Assembly (NCBI GenBank): GCA_012295275.1
Contig: CM022669.1
Span: 1,426,001 to 1,490,000, forward strand
Length of the DNA stretch: 64,000 bases
Direction of reading: 5' to 3'
DNA from: Chrysomallon squamiferum
Taxonomy: Eukaryota; Animalia; Mollusca
Position 1 is the first letter of the stretch. Every line of letters starts with the position of its first letter. The notes below the pieces were generated by a model. The model did not search any database. It was not told where the DNA came from and saw only the letters and a list, made by a program, of their open reading frames with translations. Shown piece by piece: positions 55,365 to 64,000 of the stretch. A program made the translations under genes and the position numbers.

Positions 55365-56219
55365 GAAAGGAAGAAAATAGAGTTTTAGAAATTATTTTGC
55401 TTTCATGCTTTTGTTCTTTTATGTGTATTTCTAGAGTAACATTCTAACTTAATCGTGCAAAACTTTTAAGATTTTCTCAGTACTTGTACATCATTGCAAT
55501 CACTCCATCCAGAATTTGTAACAGTAATTAAAAGTTAGCAGTTATATGAAGACATATCAGTCTCCTCATTTTCAGTTGTATAAGAAACCCTATTGCTTTG
55601 TTTACACTTATTTGTATGTTAGGATGTAAAACTATGAACAGATACATGTCCCTGAATAATTTGTTTCATCTATAAAAACTGTTTTCATCTTCTGATGACT
55701 GAAAACGCAATGACTGTAGGGTTGTATGAAAGATTGTTTACACAGTAAGCATTTCTTTTCCTGTTTATTGTTATATAAAACAACAAGTTTTGTATTTTCC
55801 TTTTTTGTTGTATTTTTATCAAAATGTAATATCAATTTTCACATGTCCAGTCGTCTATAACTGTATTTATGTTGAAAATCAGGGCTGCACGTTAGTCCCA
55901 AGTCTCTGAGGTGTTTGAGAATGTCAGTTCAGTTATTACCCAGCATTATTTTACTCAATTCTTTTTCATATCTAACTACTTTTCTATGAGCATTCAGCTA
56001 AAACAAGAATCAGCTGGGTTGCTCATCTTGAAATCATTTTTAAAAGAATACTGAAATTTATAACTGATTTCTGCTATTACAGGACACTGTATTAGTATTA
56101 AAATATCAGTACACCATATACAGGTTGCTGGTAGGTACATTCTTTTCATGAAATGGATGTTGATGTTATTGTTAGTTTCCAGTTTATGAGTGAAAAATAC
56201 AAATTTAAATGTACACATA

Positions 56220-56590
56220 TTGACACATATAACTGTAAAGTTTGTGACACACATTTAACAATAAACTTATTGACACACATCTGACTAAACCTTGTGACAC
56301 ATTTGACTATAAAGCTTATGACACACATCTAATAAAGCTTGTGATATGCACCTAACAATAAAGTTTGTAACATAGGTCTAACTGCAAAGTTTGTAATACA
56401 CATTTAACTAAAGTTTGTAATACACATCTAACTTAATTTTGTGAAACGCGTCTAACTATAAAGTTTGTATATACCTGTAACTAAAATTTATGATACACAT
56501 CTGTTAAGTTTGTGATATACATCTAAGTAAAATTTGTGATACACATCTAACAAGTTTGTGATTCACATCTAACTGTAAAGTGTGTGACAT
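56220..56590. repeat. Degenerate ~26-28-bp minisatellite
   Basis: aaagtttgtgacacacatctaact-like units. Confidence 0.75.
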
Positions 56591-57111
56591 AGATGTGGAG
56601 TTTGCTCAAAGGCTGGAGTATATTCCTGTTTTATCTAGTTAGTTTGTTAATAAAAGTATAACAGTTGGTTTTCACTTTAGAACATGAAGAACGAGAAAAA
56701 TTCACAGAAACACAAATTGTTCACACATAGTTCAGTCAAAAAGATGAAATGAGGTAATAATAATAATAATAATGATAATAATGATGATGATAATAATAAT
56801 AATAATAATGATGATGATGCTAATAATAATGATAAAAAATATAAGATGATGTTGATGATGACGATGATAGTTTGATAAGAACACGTATATGTTATTAAAT
56901 GATACACGTATTTGTGTTGCAGAGGAATGTGATGAACTAGTCAGTATTGATGTTTGTCCAACACTCTACTGGCCGGCTACAGACACCACTCTTGGGCTTT
57001 GCTGAGATCGCTGTGTGAATATATTTAATCATAATCTACCACAGCAGAATACAAAATACTCTGTTTGCTTGCCAGTCTATATATCCATTAACTACCTGTT
57101 TGTTTGCCTGT

Positions 57112-57155
<44 letters not shown>

Positions 57156-58020
57156 CACACACACACAATAAGTGAAGTATTTTTTAACAAAAAGAAACGA
57201 AAGATGGAAGAATAAAATAAACACAAATAATCTAATATTTAAGTAGTGTGTATGTCAATAATCTGGTGCGACGTTGCATACACGCACAGACACAGACACA
57301 CACAGTCACATACACACACACTTACACAGACATATATTCACACAAACACACACGAAAGTTCAATGTAGAAACAGTATCTTTCATCTGTTTGACGTGTCTG
57401 TTATTTATATGAATTACTGGTTATTTGTCCGTATGGGATCAATTCTGTGAATAATTGTGTACTTCTTTGTATACTGTCAGTTATTTGAAAGACTGTATTT
57501 TTTTACACTGTCAAATATTTGAATGTTTTATTATTGTATAACGTCAGTTATTTTAATGTTGTATATTTGTATAATATCAGTTACTTGAATGTTTGCATTT
57601 TTATAATGTCAGTTGTTTGAATGGTTGTATATTTGTCTGTATAATGTGCTGTTCTTTGAATGTTTGTCTGTTAGACTGTATCTTGTCGGTTCTTTGAATG
57701 GTAATTTATTTGTCTGTAATATGCCTGTTTTATCACAAAGCATGATACAGTTAATTTTTATGACATATAAGTGCTGGGGAGACGTTTAGATTTTGTAGTT
57801 CTTGTTACAGACAAAGTTATCGATTTCTCTGTTTATCAGATAACAGCTCTTCTTCATATAACAGAAATTTTCAGAAAACCAATTTGATAAGTTATCTTTG
57901 TACAGACCGACTCTGAGAGAAGGGAGAAAATACATTTCATTTTGCGTTCTCATTGGAGTTCACGTCCACACTATTCAACACACACTACACTTTCTTGTTG
58001 TTCTCACTCATTTGACGAGG

Positions 58021-61509
<3,489 letters not shown>

Positions 61510-61539
61510 TATACCTTAATTTGACGCATACTTCATAGC

Positions 61540-61880
61540 AGTGTTATCTCACTTTATAACAATGGTATCTCACTTTATAACAATGCTATTTCACTTGATA
61601 ACAATATAATATCTCACTTTATAACAATATATTAACTAACTTTATAACAATATTTTTTTGACTTTATAATAAAATATTAACTTACTTTCTACAAATGTTA
61701 TCTTACTTTATAACATGCTATCTTCCTTAATGTCATTGTATAACAATATGTTATCTCACTGTACAATAGTATGTTATCACACTTAATAACAATGTGTTAT
61801 CTTACAGTATAATAATGTTAATTTACTTTGTAACAGTATGTTACCTCACTTTATAATAATATGTTATCCCACATTATAAC
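61540..61880. repeat. Degenerate ~23-26-bp repeat in the Ly6 3' region
   Basis: ttatctcactttataacaatatg-like units. Confidence 0.75.
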
Positions 61881-62042
61881 ACCATCTATGCTGCTATATA
61901 AGTGTATTAGTTAACTTTATGATAACGTTTTATTTCAAAACAGTTGTTAATAAAAATTATGCCAAAAAAAACTTTATTCTGTTTTAGTCAGTGCTCCGAT
62001 TTATGTGTTGCATGATGAACTTAAACACTTTACACAATAAAA

Positions 62043-64000
62043 ACTGTTTATACTGTACATGTGTTATACTCTATACACTGTTTGTATTGTACATGTGTTA
62101 TACTCTATACACTGTTTATACTGTACATGTGTTATACTCTATACACTGTTTGTACTGTACATGTGTTATACTCTATACACTGTTTATACTGTACATGTGT
62201 TATACTCTATACACTGTTTATACTGTACATGTGTTATACTCTATACACTGTTTGTATTGTACATGTGTTATACTCTATACACTGTTTGTACTGTACATGT
62301 GTTATACTCTATACACTGTTTGTACTGTACATGTGTTATACTCTATACACTGTTTGTACTGTACATGTGTTATACTCTATACAGTTTGTACTGTACATGT
62401 GTTATACTCTATACAGTTTGTACTGTACATGTGTTATACTCTATACACTGTTTGTACTGTACATGTGTTATACTCTATACACTGTTTGTACTGTACATGT
62501 GTTATACTCTATACACTGTACTGTACATGTGTTATACTCTATACAGTTTGTACTGTACATGTGTTATACTCTATACACTGTTTGTACTGTACATGTGTTA
62601 TACTCTATACACTGTTTGTATACTGTACATGTGTTATACTCTATACACTGTTTGTACTGTACATGTGTTATACTCTATACACTTTGTACTGTACATGTGT
62701 TATATTCTATACACTTTTATACTGTACATGTGTTTTCACACTGTACTGTACATGTGTTTACACTGTATACAGTGTTTATACTGTACACGTGTTTTACACT
62801 GTACACACTGTTTATACTGTACACTGTTTTCATGTTGTACACGTGTTTACACTGTTCACACTGTTTATACTGTACACACTGTTTACACTGTACACACTGT
62901 TTATACTGTACACGTGTTTTCACTGTACACACTGTTTATACTGTACACGTGTTTTCACTGTACACGTGTTTACACTGTACACACTGTTTATACTGTACAC
63001 GTGTTTATACTGTACACACTGTTTATACTGTACACGTGTTTATACTGTACACGTGTTTTCACTGTACACACTTCACTGTTTTTATACTGTACACACTGTT
63101 TATACTGTACACGTGTTTACACTGTACACACTGTTTATACTGTACACGTGTTTTCACTGTACACACTGTTTATACTGTACACACTGTTTATACTGTACAC
63201 ACTGTTTATACTGTACACGTGTTTTCACTGTACACACTGTTTATACTGTACACACTGTTTATACTGTACACGTGTTTTCACTGTACACACTGTTTATACT
63301 GTACACACTGTTTATACTGTACACACTGTTTATACTGTACACGTGTTTATACTGTACACACTGTTTATACTGTACACACTGTTTATACTGTACACGTGTT
63401 TATACTGTACACACTGTTTATACTGTACACGTGTTTTCACTGTACACACTGTTTATACTGTACACGTGTTTATACTGTACACGTGTTTACACTGTACACA
63501 CTGTTTATACTGTACACGTGTTTTCACTGTACACACACTGTTTACACACACCGTTTATACTGTACACGTGTTTTCACTGTACACACTTTTATACTGTTTA
63601 CACTGTTTATACTACACACACGTGTTTTCACTGTACACACTGTTTATACTGTACACACTGTTTATACTGTACACACTGTTTATACTGTACACGTGTTTTC
63701 ACTGTACACACTGTTTATACTGTACACACTGTTTATACTGTACACACTGTTTATACTGTACACGTGTTTTCACTGTACACACTGTTTATACTGTACACGT
63801 GTTTTCACTGTACACGTGTTTATACTGTACACGTGTTTATACTGTACACACTGTTTATACTGTACACACTGTTTATACTGTACATACTGTTTATACTGTA
63901 CACGTGTTTATACTGTACACACTGTTTATACTGTACACACTGTTTATACTGTACACGTGTTTTCACTGTACACACTGTTTATACTGTACACGTGTTTTCA
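62043..64000. repeat. Satellite: 34-bp dimeric units (62043-62720) grading into 17/18-bp variant units, running off the window
   Basis: The unit actgtacatgtgttatactctatacactgtttgt is followed by actgtacac[actg|gtg]ttt[at|tc|ac] units. Confidence 0.95.

Overview
AT-rich, repeat-dense animal genomic DNA (an invertebrate, plausibly a mollusc; taxon is inferred). I reconstructed four genes by hand from splice sites and reading-frame phase. (1) PIK3C3/Vps34 on the minus strand has 20 coding exons from ATG 14800 and runs off the left edge; exon 2 carries an apparent 1-nt deletion. (2) An atypical aminergic-like class A GPCR on the minus strand has a 366-aa coding exon at 20691-21791 and a candidate upstream exon at about 26371-26427. 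(3) Cactin on the plus strand is complete, with 19 exons and about 744 aa (38298-54196). (4) A small 3-exon Ly6/uPAR (quiver/sleepless-like) gene with a predicted GPI anchor lies at 58021-61509. The introns hold two decayed pogo/Tigger elements, a probable MITE and an RTE-like LINE tail. The most striking pattern is that unrelated minisatellites are repeatedly anchored on exon-intron junctions of Vps34 and Cactin. They often copy the splice site itself, producing arrays of up to about 13 decoy donors or about 10 decoy acceptors, and in one intron a tandem array of cag|23 nt|gt pseudo-microexons. Most of the short ORFs in the supplied track are microsatellite translations.
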